Assembly: GCA_010093815.1 (NCBI GenBank)
Contig: ML996572.1
DNA length: 64,000 nt
Strand: one strand, 5' to 3'
From: Pseudovirgaria hyperparasitica
Lineage: Eukaryota
The notes under the pieces were generated by a model, which searched no databases, was not told the DNA's origin, and was given only the letters and a program-made list of their open reading frames with translations. Position 1 is the stretch's first letter. Each line of letters begins with the position of its first letter. This document shows positions 25,201-36,684 of this stretch, piece after piece. Both the position numbers and the translations under genes were made by a program.

Positions 25201-26794
25201 ATGCCATTCACTCCAGATGAAATCGCTGACTGTGTGCTCGAAGCATTTGGAAAGCTTCCAAACAAAGCAAAACCGCGTCCGACTGAAAATGGACGGCGAG
25301 AATGGGTACCTTTAGCAGGCATTGTAGCAACCAGAAGTACTTGTCATTCTGATTCCTTTGAGATGTAAAATGCTGACCTCGCATCTTTCATCAGAGGGTA
25401 AAGTGCTCGGATGCCTGTCGCTGGCGTGAGTAATTTAAATATACATATTTCTTAATATTGATTCGCGACAAGCACTGGCATGAAATGCCTTCCTCATGTT
25501 CACATGCCCAAATGTCAGGGTAAGATTTTACACGATTGTCATGCCGAAGTCCTGGCAATCCGTGCCTTCAACCATCTCCTCCTTCAGTCTGTCTCAGCTT
25601 TGATAGATGAGCTGAACCGCAATGGTACTATCAGAGGCAACTCGGTTCTCCTTGCATGTAGGACGGAGAACACAGTGAACTCTCTGCACCCACAGCCTTT
25701 CGCTATCCAGGATGATATTGAGCTTCACATGTATTGCTCAGAAGCCCCTTGTGGTGACGCCAGCATGGAACTTACCATGGACTCTCAACATGATGCTACT
25801 CCATGGGCGGCACCAGAATCAAGTGAAGAACCGCCTCTAGCTCTCAATGGTCGAGGTCATTTTTCGCAACTCGGTGTCGTCAGAAGAAAGCCTGGTATGT
25901 GCGTTCGTAAATATTGGGGATTGTGCATACTCATGCACCCTAGGTCGCGCTGATGCACCGCCAACACACTCTAAATCTTGCACAGACAAGCTCGCTATGA
26001 AGCAATGCACTTCGCTCCTCTCAGCGCAGACTTTCATTTTTATCAGTCCACGAAACGCATATCTCAAGTCTATAGTTCTTCCCGTTTCACAAATCAACAA
26101 CAAGAGTATGACACGTGCGTTTTCAGCTTCTGGTCGAATGGCGCCAATACTTACTCCCCTCGATCACTTCAAACCCAGCGGCTTCAGCTTTCGACCTTTC
26201 ACCATCATGCCGACGAAAAGAGAGTTTCAACATTCCCGTCGTGTAGCCCCAGCAGACGAAAAGCTGGTACCATCCAATTTATGCGCTGTACGGGCTGGGA
26301 AGCTGGATGAATTGATCGTTAACGGCTCTATTCAAGGCTTTAAAAAGGGCGACATCCGCAGCGTTAGTAGGTTGAGCAGACACAAGATGAAATGTGCTGC
26401 GATCGAAGCCGCATTCTGGTATGTAGGCGATGATGACAGCCGGCCGCGGTGCCCAGACCTGTTTCTGACCAAAGACTCATGGAAGACTTACCGCAAATTC
26501 AAGAAGGACGATGCATTCAAGCTGAGAAGGAAACTGAAGGATCAGGTCAAGGACAAAGCCCTGAAGGGCTGGATAGTCAATGACGGAGATGATGATTGGC
26601 CCCAAGAAGAAGAAGAAGAAGAAGAGGCTAATCCCGATAATGGAGACGACGAAAAGTATGAAGATGACTACGACCATGAAGACGACAGACGCAATGCGGC
26701 ATTCGATACAGAGTTTGCTGGTGATTCTGATGACTTGGTTTTCATGAAAAAATCAGTTCCCACAAAGGTGGAAGATGTTGAAGGCTTTCTATGA
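25201..26794 (+). CDS. TAD1: tRNA-specific adenosine deaminase 1 (ADAT1/Tad1)
   Basis: MPFTPDEIADCVL..F.KLP..AKP...EWVPLAGIV, TGMKCLP, LHDCHAEVLAIRAFN, MYCSEAPCGDASM, GVVRRKPGRADAP..SKSCTDKL. Three introns. Confidence 0.93.
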
Positions 26795-27355
26795 AACTCA
26801 ACCGCGGCGTTATCATTGTCTCGTCGAAAATGTGCAATATTCCTTTGCCCAACGTGATACTGTCGAACACCAAAAGTTCTATGCTCATGGTGGACCCGGT
26901 CACACCTTGGTAGCCGCGTCTTATGCCCTCACAGATACAGGCAACCCAATCAGGTGTTTCGACACGATACCCGTGACCAGTACGTTAGACCTTGTGCGGA
27001 ATGATCAACGGTATGTTTCCCTTCTTAAAAAAAACCTTCCTATCCACAGACTTAGCTTTCTACCTAAATCTCAGTAAGGTGTATCATATCTAGACGCAAA
27101 CTAATGACAGTATCCATCTAGAATCACAATTTACAGCCAGCTTCTAATGCTAGGACTGTAATAGGGACATTCGTAGGTTCGTCAGTGAGTTTTCGGAACA
27201 AGAGAGAGGTGTTGGCTGAGTGCCAAGATTAGTGAGTGGTACGAACTGCGACCTCCAACCCAGGCCAGGCAGCAACAATGATAGCACCATCCATTAATCC
27301 CCAAGAAACTTCGCTCGCATCATAAAACACACTACACAACGCCTTTACATTCAAC

Positions 27356-28645
27356 ATGTCTGCGCGTGAGTCCATACGTGGAGAAATACGGCGCATGACG
27401 GCCGGTAAAAGCGGACCAAAGAAATGGCGGGCGGCTGCAAGGGTTTTAGTCGACAGGACAATGTCAACACAGTTCTGTATGGTGATAACGGTCAGTGGGC
27501 TTACGATTGGAGCCATTGTATGCATTGTACCTATCGCCGCCATCGGCTGCTTTTATGTGGCGCAGGAGAAATACAAAGAGCGCCACCGGAGCGCAAGGCA
27601 ACAGAAGAAATCCAAAGAAGAGAACCGGGTTGTTATGATGCCGCCTCCAAGGTTTGCTGACCTAGAGGTGACGAGACGGAGGAAGATCAGCTTCGAAGCA
27701 CAATGTGGTTCTGAAGAATCAAATGTGACGCCGGAAACGTCTTTGCAATATAAATCTCAACCTTCGAACCGAATGGCAGCGAAATCAAACTCGCAGATTG
27801 TGAACCCCTACAAACCGTTGAAGTTTCCACAGGACTCACCATTCTTCACCATTCTACCTTTAGACATCCGAATCATGGTATACGAGCTCGTCTGCGGTGG
27901 CCATCATCTAACTATAGTGCCATGCTACACCGGACCATATCGTCACGTTGGCGAACAGCGATACATCCAGATGAACACGTACGATTGCTACCCTATGTGT
28001 CCCGAACGACACAAGTACGAGACTGCCTATCGCTGGGTTGTTCCAATCGAGAGTGTCGAGGACTATAATCATGTGATGAGCCTGCCGTCGTTGGTGAATG
28101 GTTGGAGATCGAATGTATCCTTGTGGGTAATTCTAGACTCCAGAATGCCATGCTTGCCTGTACAGGGTCTTACTAGTGTCTTGTATGTCTGTCGTCAAAT
28201 GTTAGTATGATGATCTTGGCGTCAAATGCGTTGCTGACTTTGTCGCAGGTATCGCGAAGCTGTAAACGTTCTGTACGGCGCTAACAATTTCAACTTCAAT
28301 ATCACCAAAGATAAGCTACTACCGTTGTCCAAGTTCATGCTTCCGCAAAGAATCGATCACATCCATAGAGTCACTGTACATGCGACTCTTGTGGACATAG
28401 CAAACGGCGGTGGTGCGTGGGACGTCCTGCGAAACCTGAAAGGCTTGACGTATTTGTGCATTATTATTTCTGGGCCCATGCCACAGGTTGTCGATGACGA
28501 TCTATTCTATATCAAAAGGGTTGATCGACCTAGCAATTTGCGAGAGTTTGAGGTATTGATACCGTGGAAATTGAATGAAGAGTTGGATGCAGTCGTTAGG
28601 GGTGGAGATTGGTCGTGTCGAATAAGGAGGTACGCTATAAGCTAG
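27356..28645 (+). CDS. F-box-like / DUF7730-type fungal protein with N-terminal hydrophobic segment
   Basis: QDSPFFTILPLDIRIMVYELVCG and SVLYVCRQM / YREAVNVLYGANNFNF across an intron at ~28201-28248. Family name is from recall and unverified. Confidence 0.72.
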
Positions 28646-29429
28646 CACACAATGACATGAGGCTCGTCCAACTGCAGACATTTTATTGTGTGGTGTGACA
28701 GTTGGGTAGCCATGACATGACGTTAGACGGCACAGATGGCATGATGGTTATTGAAATCATGAAAAACTCTATTACTTCGCACGTCTTCCTGCTTCATATC
28801 GCATGGGGAGATGTCAGCATAGATTGGGAAGATATTAAATTCATGGGATCACATACCACCTAGAATTATTCAGAACGTGATGACCGCGATATGTGTAAAC
28901 ACTGGAGAGAATTTTTGTTGGGGCAGAAATAGAGTAGAGCCTGCAAGCTACAAAGTAAACATTGAATGTAGGCATGCTTCTTTACATCTGCCTAGAGCTC
29001 ACTAGGTATTTCTGTTACTCATCTACAAGGGAAATACTATATACATCAAAATTGGCAAAACGTATCAACGTGCTAGTTTACTTGCTCAACTTTATATTGC
29101 AGTGTTACACCTCAGTGGTAGAGGTTATGGATCTTTACTTGTTTCAAAGAAGCCTGTATAAACCTGTCAACTTGATTATGCATGCGGGTGTTAAGCTCAA
29201 TAGATACTCCCTCTTCAATTTTTCTACGAGCATAGATGTTACATGTAGAAACACACTCATGAACACAGCTTTGATATAAGATTTCCTTGGTTGCGTTTGT
29301 AGATAAAGAAATATAGATGCGGATTATACATCAGATCCTATATACGTACGAAGAGTCTTTATTACAGTATAAAGGGGGGGAATTAGATGTAATATAAAGT
29401 CTCATAGAGATGAGCTACGAATCAGAAAA

Positions 29430-30626
29430 TTATTCCAATCCCGCAGTCCTCTTTGCTGCATTTTCTTCACGAAGAGCACGGGAAGAGTGCAGACTCCAAT
29501 GGTCGAAACCGCTACATGCCCAGCTAGCGAGACTTTGCTCATGAGTTTGCAGACATGTTTTACACCAGTGCTCATGCGCATGAATGTCTTCTCTGTCTTG
29601 ACACTCTTGAGTCCGCATATATCGAGCGTGAGGCTTTACAACTCCAAGCATAGCCAAGCCGATTGAATCTGCTTCAGACGCTTCGTAAACTATCTGACTC
29701 CATCCGGCATCTGAGTCAGTCGGTTCCCGAAACTTCGTGTCAGACCAGTCGACGTAGACAGTCTGATACGTGACAGTCTTCGCCGAGGAGCTGCTCAATT
29801 TTGGCCGTACAAGCATATCCACGCAATTGACCTCTTGATGGCATACTCCGCAGGCCTGTGTCTGTTCAAATACGCTGGTGGCACCATCCATAATCTGCTG
29901 ATAGTGCTCGATAGAGACGTGGTGCTGTATGTCGCTAATCTTGAAGCCGCCAATATATTCCATTAAGAGTCCAGGGGCTTGAAATGCTAAATTAACACTG
30001 TCGCTATATTCTGTGGGAACTTGGCCCCAGAGACACGAGTTCCGTACGGTGACCAGAGCATGTATGCGTGGAATGATCTCCCCCTGGTGCTTCTGCATCA
30101 GCTTGTACGCATTCGTCTCCGTATTGTATCGCTCATGACGACACCACCACTGAACACGGGCGTCGTCTGCACCAGGAATCGTAGATCTCGGATCGTCAGA
30201 GTGTTCAAAATACTTGCCATCATCGTCATCTTTCAGGTCATACCAGGAGTACCAGTCGGTGAGCTTATGGTCAACAAGATGCTTGGCTTGGCCGCTGAGG
30301 ACGAACTCCTGGTATGCTTGTTCATCAGCACCGTTCACCCAAGGCTCCAGGGCGACGCAGTATCTGCGTTGAAAAGTGAACCTCCGGTCGAAGACTTTGA
30401 GGACGTAGTGTGCTTCGTAGTTGGTCCGCGGTAGAGTGAGCCGTACAACCATAGTGCAAGCATGACTGCATTCGAGGTGCTTTACGATTTTGCATTCGAC
30501 TGACTTGGATGTGCCTTGTATTCTGAGGGTGATGCACGATCCAATGGTGTAAGGTGTCCTAGATGAAGTCAGTAAAGGATACTCATACCCGCCTTCAAAG
30601 GTGTACTCCTTGATGTTAGTCGCCAT
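29430..30626 (-). CDS. Fungal protein-kinase-like fold protein (degenerate catalytic motifs)
   Basis: Intronless 398 aa ORF with YVLKVFDRRF, ETNAYKLM..HQGEIIPR, GLLMEYIGGF, GVCHQEVNCVDMLV and VDWSD. Confidence 0.75.
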   Translation of the reverse strand: MATNIKEYTFEGGYEYPLLTSSRTPYTIGSCITLRIQGTSKSVECKIVKHLECSHACTMVVRLTLPRTNYEAHYVLKVFDRRFTFQRRYCVALEPWVNGADEQAYQEFVLSGQAKHLVDHKLTDWYSWYDLKDDDDGKYFEHSDDPRSTIPGADDARVQWWCRHERYNTETNAYKLMQKHQGEIIPRIHALVTVRNSCLWGQVPTEYSDSVNLAFQAPGLLMEYIGGFKISDIQHHVSIEHYQQIMDGATSVFEQTQACGVCHQEVNCVDMLVRPKLSSSSAKTVTYQTVYVDWSDTKFREPTDSDAGWSQIVYEASEADSIGLAMLGVVKPHARYMRTQECQDREDIHAHEHWCKTCLQTHEQSLASWACSGFDHWSLHSSRALREENAAKRTAGLE

Positions 30627-31529
30627 CGTTGTGACGCGTGCTTTGATAGCTCGGATAACGAGATCCAGGTGTATACGACTCTACTGATAGAAGAACCTGT
30701 ATATCTGTGGTCTGTGTAGAACGCGAGGTGTAAGTATCTCGGGAAGATGTAAATGATGATTCTTGAAGATGCTCTCAAGGGAGGTTATTATATTAACGCG
30801 TTGGACACTATCGTTAGGGGTACCAGAGAAAAGATTACCACGTAACACTGAGTTAGTATTTAATGCACTCTACGAGTCGACAAACGTAAATTTGAGATAC
30901 TTCGACAACATTTCCGTGTCCGGACTGGGATGGAACAGTTAGGTGTTTTTCTGCCGGCCCTCGTCGCATGAAGGCCTTGTTCAGCGTGAACGAGAAATTA
31001 TGCCACAATCTGTGCAACACCAACAGCTGATTGAAGATATGTTTGTTGATGAAATATTAACGCACCATGTTATGCATACACCTGGTGTTGGGTACTTCCT
31101 GCTGTCCACGAGGCTTTGAATAGGACCTGGGTTTGTGAAGCGAACTGGAGACAGTCAACCAATTCTGACCTCAACCTAAAAGTCTCCTGTGCACTTCTCA
31201 TGCAAGGTCTTCCACTAGACAAGTTTTGTGTCTTGGGCAATTTAAACAACTGTGTAGGTTCGGAGCTACACTTTGCAAGCAGTATAATAGAGTCTGCTCA
31301 TTGCTTCTCACTCGTTTATACAAAAGGCCCCGAATCACTGTCCTTAATAACTCGCAGGAAACCGACAACTATATCTCACAAACCAGTAATACTCCCCTTT
31401 AAGAACGTCGTTGCTTCGTGCTTACCGCAGCGATCACCAAAGGACTTTAATGATCGATCGCATACCCTGCCAGCACATTTTGGGAATAATTACCAGATAC
31501 AGGCATCCGATCGGATTTGAATTTCCAAA

Positions 31530-31720
31530 GAATAGTAAGAGTACTAAAAAGTCTGAAACATATCATGTTCATATGATTAAAAGCAATCTTCGAATAAATA
31601 CTAAATCTATTTTTAGCGAGGCAAAAAGCTAAGAGCTACCTATCTAGGTAATAGTGCTAGATTTACTATCTTAGTAGGTAGGTAATAGTAGTTAGACTGA
31701 CTAAGCTGTGTAATCCATAT
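31530..31720. repeat. Short RIP-like AT-rich fragment
   Basis: TpA-rich, CpA/TpG-poor patch (e.g. CTACCTATCTAGGTAATAGTGCTAGATTTACTATCTTAGTAGGTAGGTAATAGTAG). Confidence 0.45.
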
Positions 31721-31780
31721 AATGGAACGATGCAATATGCACCTACATCATTGTTCTCGTGTACCACCAGATTGATGAAT

Positions 31781-32765
31781 ATGCCTTCAGCGCGCCGCCT
31801 CCCACGCCTCTGTGTCCCCCGAGTCCAACCCTTGAACCTCCGCGTACGCTTTTACTCTACGCCATCTACACCCTCAGTCCTTAAAATCACCAGCGTCCCC
31901 GCACCCCATTGTGGCAGCATACGCATCATATCGCTCAACCGACCCGAAGCACGCAATGCCATATCACGCCAATTGCTCGCCGAGCTCGAAACACAGATCA
32001 AGAGCATCGCAGGCGAGGGTGCAGACGGACCAACACGTGCGCTGATCCTGAGCTCCGAAAGCGACGCGAGTTTCTGCGCAGGCGCAGATCTGAAGGAGAG
32101 GAAGGCAATGAGCCAGAACGAGTACGCCTCTCTCTCCGACATATCAGCTGTCTAACATGATGCGCTCGTACTGGGGCTAATGGAGGCTATTCAGAACGTC
32201 AGCATTCCTGAAACAACTCCGCTCCACCTTCGCCCTCCTCGCCTCCCTCCCTATCCCCACCCTCTCGAGTGTATCCTCCCTCGCTCTTGGCGGCGGCCTC
32301 GAGCTTGCCCTCTGCACCCACCTCCGCGTCTTCTCTTCCCGCGCTATTGTGTCTCTGCCTGAAACGCGCCTTGCGATTTTACCCGGCGCTGGGGGCACAT
32401 ACCGCTTGCCAGCCATAATCGGCGCTCAGCGCGCGCGCGACTTGATTCTCACAGGCCGAAGAGTCAGCGCGGCAGAAGCGTATTTCTTGGGTCTGTGTGA
32501 TCGACTGGTGGAGGTCACGGACGAGGAGGCGCGCGTGAGCGGGAAGGGGAGGGAAAGGGTGCTAGAGGAGAGCGTTAAGGTAGCAAGAGAGATATGTGAG
32601 GGAGGACCAGTGGCGATACGGGCGGCGGTGAAGGCTATGGAGGGGTGGGAGAGGGGTGAGAACAGCGAGAATGAGGCATATGATATGGTGGTGGGGACAG
32701 AAGATCGGAATGAAGCATTACGGGCGTTCGGGGAGAAGAGAAAGCCTTCATTCAAGGGACGATGA
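31781..32765 (+). CDS. Mitochondrial enoyl-CoA hydratase / methylglutaconyl-CoA hydratase (AUH-like, crotonase family)
   Basis: Basic N-terminal presequence, LNRPEARNAIS, FCAGADLKER, ALGGGLELAL, LPETRLAILPGAGGTYRL, AFGEKRKPSFKGR. One intron. An alternative ATG is at 31775. Confidence 0.92.
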
Positions 32766-33029
32766 AGCGATCAGGGCGAAACTCGATGGTTAGCGGACAC
32801 GTGTACAATTGTGGAGATATGTCGAAATGGGACATGATGAGGGCATTTGTGCATGGCGTACGCGGGGGAGTTTAGACAGGCAAATACAATGGTGGATATT
32901 GTGGTAGGTAAGTGAGGTTTTTTAAGACGGGCGCTAATTAGCCATCTGTCTGTGTCTATCTTTTTGATATACAGCGGATGTCAATCTAAGCCACCAACAC
33001 TACATACCTCTTCTCTCATACCTTTTCTC

Positions 33030-34987
33030 TTACCTCCTCGGCATGCCCCTTCCACGCCCACGGCCCCGTCCACCCATACCGAGTGCTCTCTGCGCCGCGC
33101 CAGGAGGAAGCTGTTGCTGTGGAGCCTGCGGCTGCGCCGACTCTTGATTCCTAATCGTCTCGTCCACGCTCAAAATCAAGCACGCAGCTTCGATAGCCGC
33201 TTGGATCGCATTGATCTTGACAAGGGCGGGCTCCCAAACGAACTTCTCCAGATTGTTAGCGATGCCTTCGTTCACAAAATCTACACCGGCCCATATGTTG
33301 CCGTTGCGGTGGTCTACACGTAGTCGGTTGAGGATGTCCGTGGCATCAAAACCGGCGTTGTCGCAAAGCTGACGGGGGATGACTTCGAGAGCCTTTGCGA
33401 ATGCTTTGATGATTGTTTGTTGCTTGTGCGCGATGTTTTTGTCGGCGTATGAGTGGAGGTAGGCAGAGACTTCCATCTGCGGAGGATCAGATCAGAAATG
33501 GAAAGGATAACCCGCTCTGAACAAACTTACCTCACAAGCACCTCCACCTGCAACGATGGTCTGGTTCTTGATTGCCCGCTTAACTATCATGATAGCATCA
33601 TGAAGACTGCGCTCCACTTCTGCAATGAACTGCTCGGCACCTCCACGGAGGACAAGGGTACAAGTCTTTGATTGCGGGCAGCCCTCAAAGAAGTTGAAAC
33701 GCTCACCACCAATCTGGCGCTCGTCAAACCGTTCACATGTACCGAGATGCTCGGCCTGAATGTCTGTGCACGTTGACTGAACCTTTGCCCCAGTAGCCTG
33801 GCATACGCGCTCAAGATCGTCAGAGGCGACCCGACCAGCGCAGAATATGTCTCTGTCGGCGAAATATCTGTGCCACGTCAGTTATGATTACATGAACAGT
33901 AATCATCAACTTACTGTGTCGCCAAATCACCAATCGGAAGCTTGCTGAGTACTACCTTTGCACCAGTCTTGAACAAAGCCTCCATCTTGTTGAATATGAT
34001 CTGCCACTCAGCATCGACAATGGCCTGGTATTCTGAAACCTGCTCCACCCTAACCTCTGCATTGTCTTTCTCACTCTTCAGCTCCAATTCCACATTTAAG
34101 CAAACAATCTTTGGATTCTTAAAAGACTTGGGCTGTTGCTCGAAACCGGCGTATGAGAAAGTCTTCTTGAATGCGACACCGTTGACGAACAGAGAGTCTT
34201 GCAAAGCACCTCCGGTAATCTTCTTGATACCAATGAGCTTCTCGTTCAGGTCATCCTGGTCCAGAGAAAGCACGGCATCGACAACCACTGCACAGTTATA
34301 TTCATTAGTCTGACGTTTTAGACATGCGACATGCAAAACGTACTTGTGGTAAAGAAGTCAGAATTGCGGTGGATCAACTTGCTGCTCATCGCCGTGGCGG
34401 CAAGCTTTCTTAATGTCTCTCTCTGATTTCCCTCAGATGTGTTGACGGCTATCTCCATGATCTTGTTGACGGCTAGCGAAGACGCTCTCTTCAAACCCTT
34501 GATGATTGTCTGACTGCTGACACCGGCTTCTACCAATTCTTTGATCTCCTTCAGCACCTCACCAGCAAGTACTACTACAGAAGTCGTGCCGTCCCCAACC
34601 TCTGCGTCTTGTGATCGAGCGATGTCTGTGAGGATACGGGCAGCGGGGTGGACGATGTCGAGGAGCTAGATTCTATATCTTAGCAAGTGAAAAGTCTGAT
34701 TCTTTCACTATCATACCCTCATCACAGTTGCGCCATCATTCGTTATAGTTTGCCTTCCATTCTCGTCGACTAATAGCAGATCTCCGCCATAGGGCCCCAG
34801 CGTTGACTTGATCGTCTGCTGCACCGCAAGACAAGCATTGATGTTTGTAATTACCTGACCCTTTCCTTGCGACTGATCGGTCCCTTATAGAGGTCAGTCT
34901 GCAGGTAGATTAAGCAAGGTTGAGAGCTCCCGTGTGCCTACCCTCTTTCAGGACAATGATTGTCGGCGTCTGTCCGCCGAAAGACAT
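33030..34987 (-). CDS. CCT7: T-complex protein 1 subunit eta (chaperonin CCT7)
   Basis: [102 protein letters not shown], and an RG-rich tail. Confidence 0.97.
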
Positions 34988-35605
34988 GATGTGCGTCTGG
35001 GGTGATTACAGACCAGCGTCCAACAAGTAGTACGAATCGAAATAAGACGGCCTAGTCGTAGTATCTGTGAGAGTTGTGAGTTGTTGGATATTATGCGCTG
35101 CCTACGCTCCCACCTTGTACGCGTTCGCGAATATTTTCGAGCTTCAAGACCGCCGCTAGGGCCAAAGTGCACAGACCACACCCCATGTCTTATATATCTC
35201 TTATGGGTAATGGAGACCGGCCGACGACAAGACATCTGCTGACTCTGGATAGTGGCCAGTCCGCCGCAAAGACATACGCTTGGGTGTGGTCGGTCTATCT
35301 CTTATCTGCATATAATCTACGCGGCCTGGTTATATCCAGAATCGTTCGTTGCCTGCATTGAAACAGCGACATATAGAGTCACATGTCTCTACCTTCAGGG
35401 ATAGACGGCATGATCAAATCTAAATGAAATTGGAACGCTCTACCTTGTTTGTGAGAGGGTATAAGACGTTGAAGTGCGCTCTCACATCCGCCGTGCAAGT
35501 AGCTGGATTAAGGAGAGATCTGGCTTCATACACACAAGAGCTTGGATGACACCGCGGGGCACCTTCTCTTGATCGTACAGATAGCAACGGACAGATCTAC
35601 CTGTT

Positions 35606-36232
35606 ATGGCTTCCAGTAGAATGAGTCTCAATCGTTTGACCAAGAAGCCGAGACATCCTTCGTCTACTTGCGCCAGCACCGAACTGCAGGATATTGGCGG
35701 TCTCCTGAGAAAGAGTCCGTCACTCCTCCGGAACCCGACACCTGATGCTCAGTCGATCAACTCACAAACCACATGTCCTCTTCTCAGTCTGCCAATAGAA
35801 ATTCGACGCGAGATATACCGCTACGTTCTTCCTCGACCGAAGCCAAATATGGGTTTCCGCTTCATGCACGATGGCGGCGACCAGTCTGTGACCTCTGAAT
35901 GGGGCGCCAAGAGGAATGGTCGCACGAGCTCGCGACACCGGCTTGCCATTCTCACCATATCCCGTCAGATATACATCGAAGCGCTATCGATCCTATATTC
36001 AGAGAACCTATTCCACTTTGTCACATTCTCCTACACTCCTGTCCTGGAATTACTGCGCAGATTGTCACCTGACGCACGGAGTAGGATGCGTCAGATCCGG
36101 CTTACTCTTGTACCACCAGGCCAAGCAGAAGCATGCGAGAAAGAAGGGGAACATGATACATTCTGCACTGTTATACATGATGCATGTCCAGGCCTGGTGG
36201 ATCTGATGGTAGATCCCTCTCGATACATGTAA
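35606..36232 (+). CDS. F-box-like / DUF7730-type fungal protein
   Basis: CPLLSLPIEIRREIYRYVLP and LAILTISRQIYIEALSILYSENLFHF. Confidence 0.72.
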   Translation: MASSRMSLNRLTKKPRHPSSTCASTELQDIGGLLRKSPSLLRNPTPDAQSINSQTTCPLLSLPIEIRREIYRYVLPRPKPNMGFRFMHDGGDQSVTSEWGAKRNGRTSSRHRLAILTISRQIYIEALSILYSENLFHFVTFSYTPVLELLRRLSPDARSRMRQIRLTLVPPGQAEACEKEGEHDTFCTVIHDACPGLVDLMVDPSRYM

Positions 36233-36684
36233 AACGGCCAGAGCAATACCTCACATATGGATAAATATTCTTACTCAGACAGGTTCATTGATGCCTCTGT
36301 CGCAGCTTTAGACCACTTGGTATTACCACTATGCATGTTGCTATCCAAGTGTACGTCCATAAAATTATATGGTACACTAGTGATGACTTTGATCCAAATC
36401 GTATGTACTATAGCATCATATATACTCAGTTGCAAACACGAGCGCTCGGACTCTGGCTAAGCTCAGAGATGATATAAAAGCCCTAGAACGCTAAGTGTGT
36501 CAACCGCCCTAGCTTATCAAGGCTGGAAACTTTCAGTCAAAGAAGTATGTCGCTCTTTGTGATACGCTTCAAGTATAATGAATGACGCCAGATCCGTGGT
36601 TATCCCTACGGAGATCATATACATAGCAACCGAGACTCATCAGCAAAGAGCCGCACTCACAAGAATGTAGATCTGCATACAGAG

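Noticed and set aside
33030..33085. RG-repeat C-terminal tail of CCT7
   Set aside because: A known ordinary feature of CCT eta subunits.
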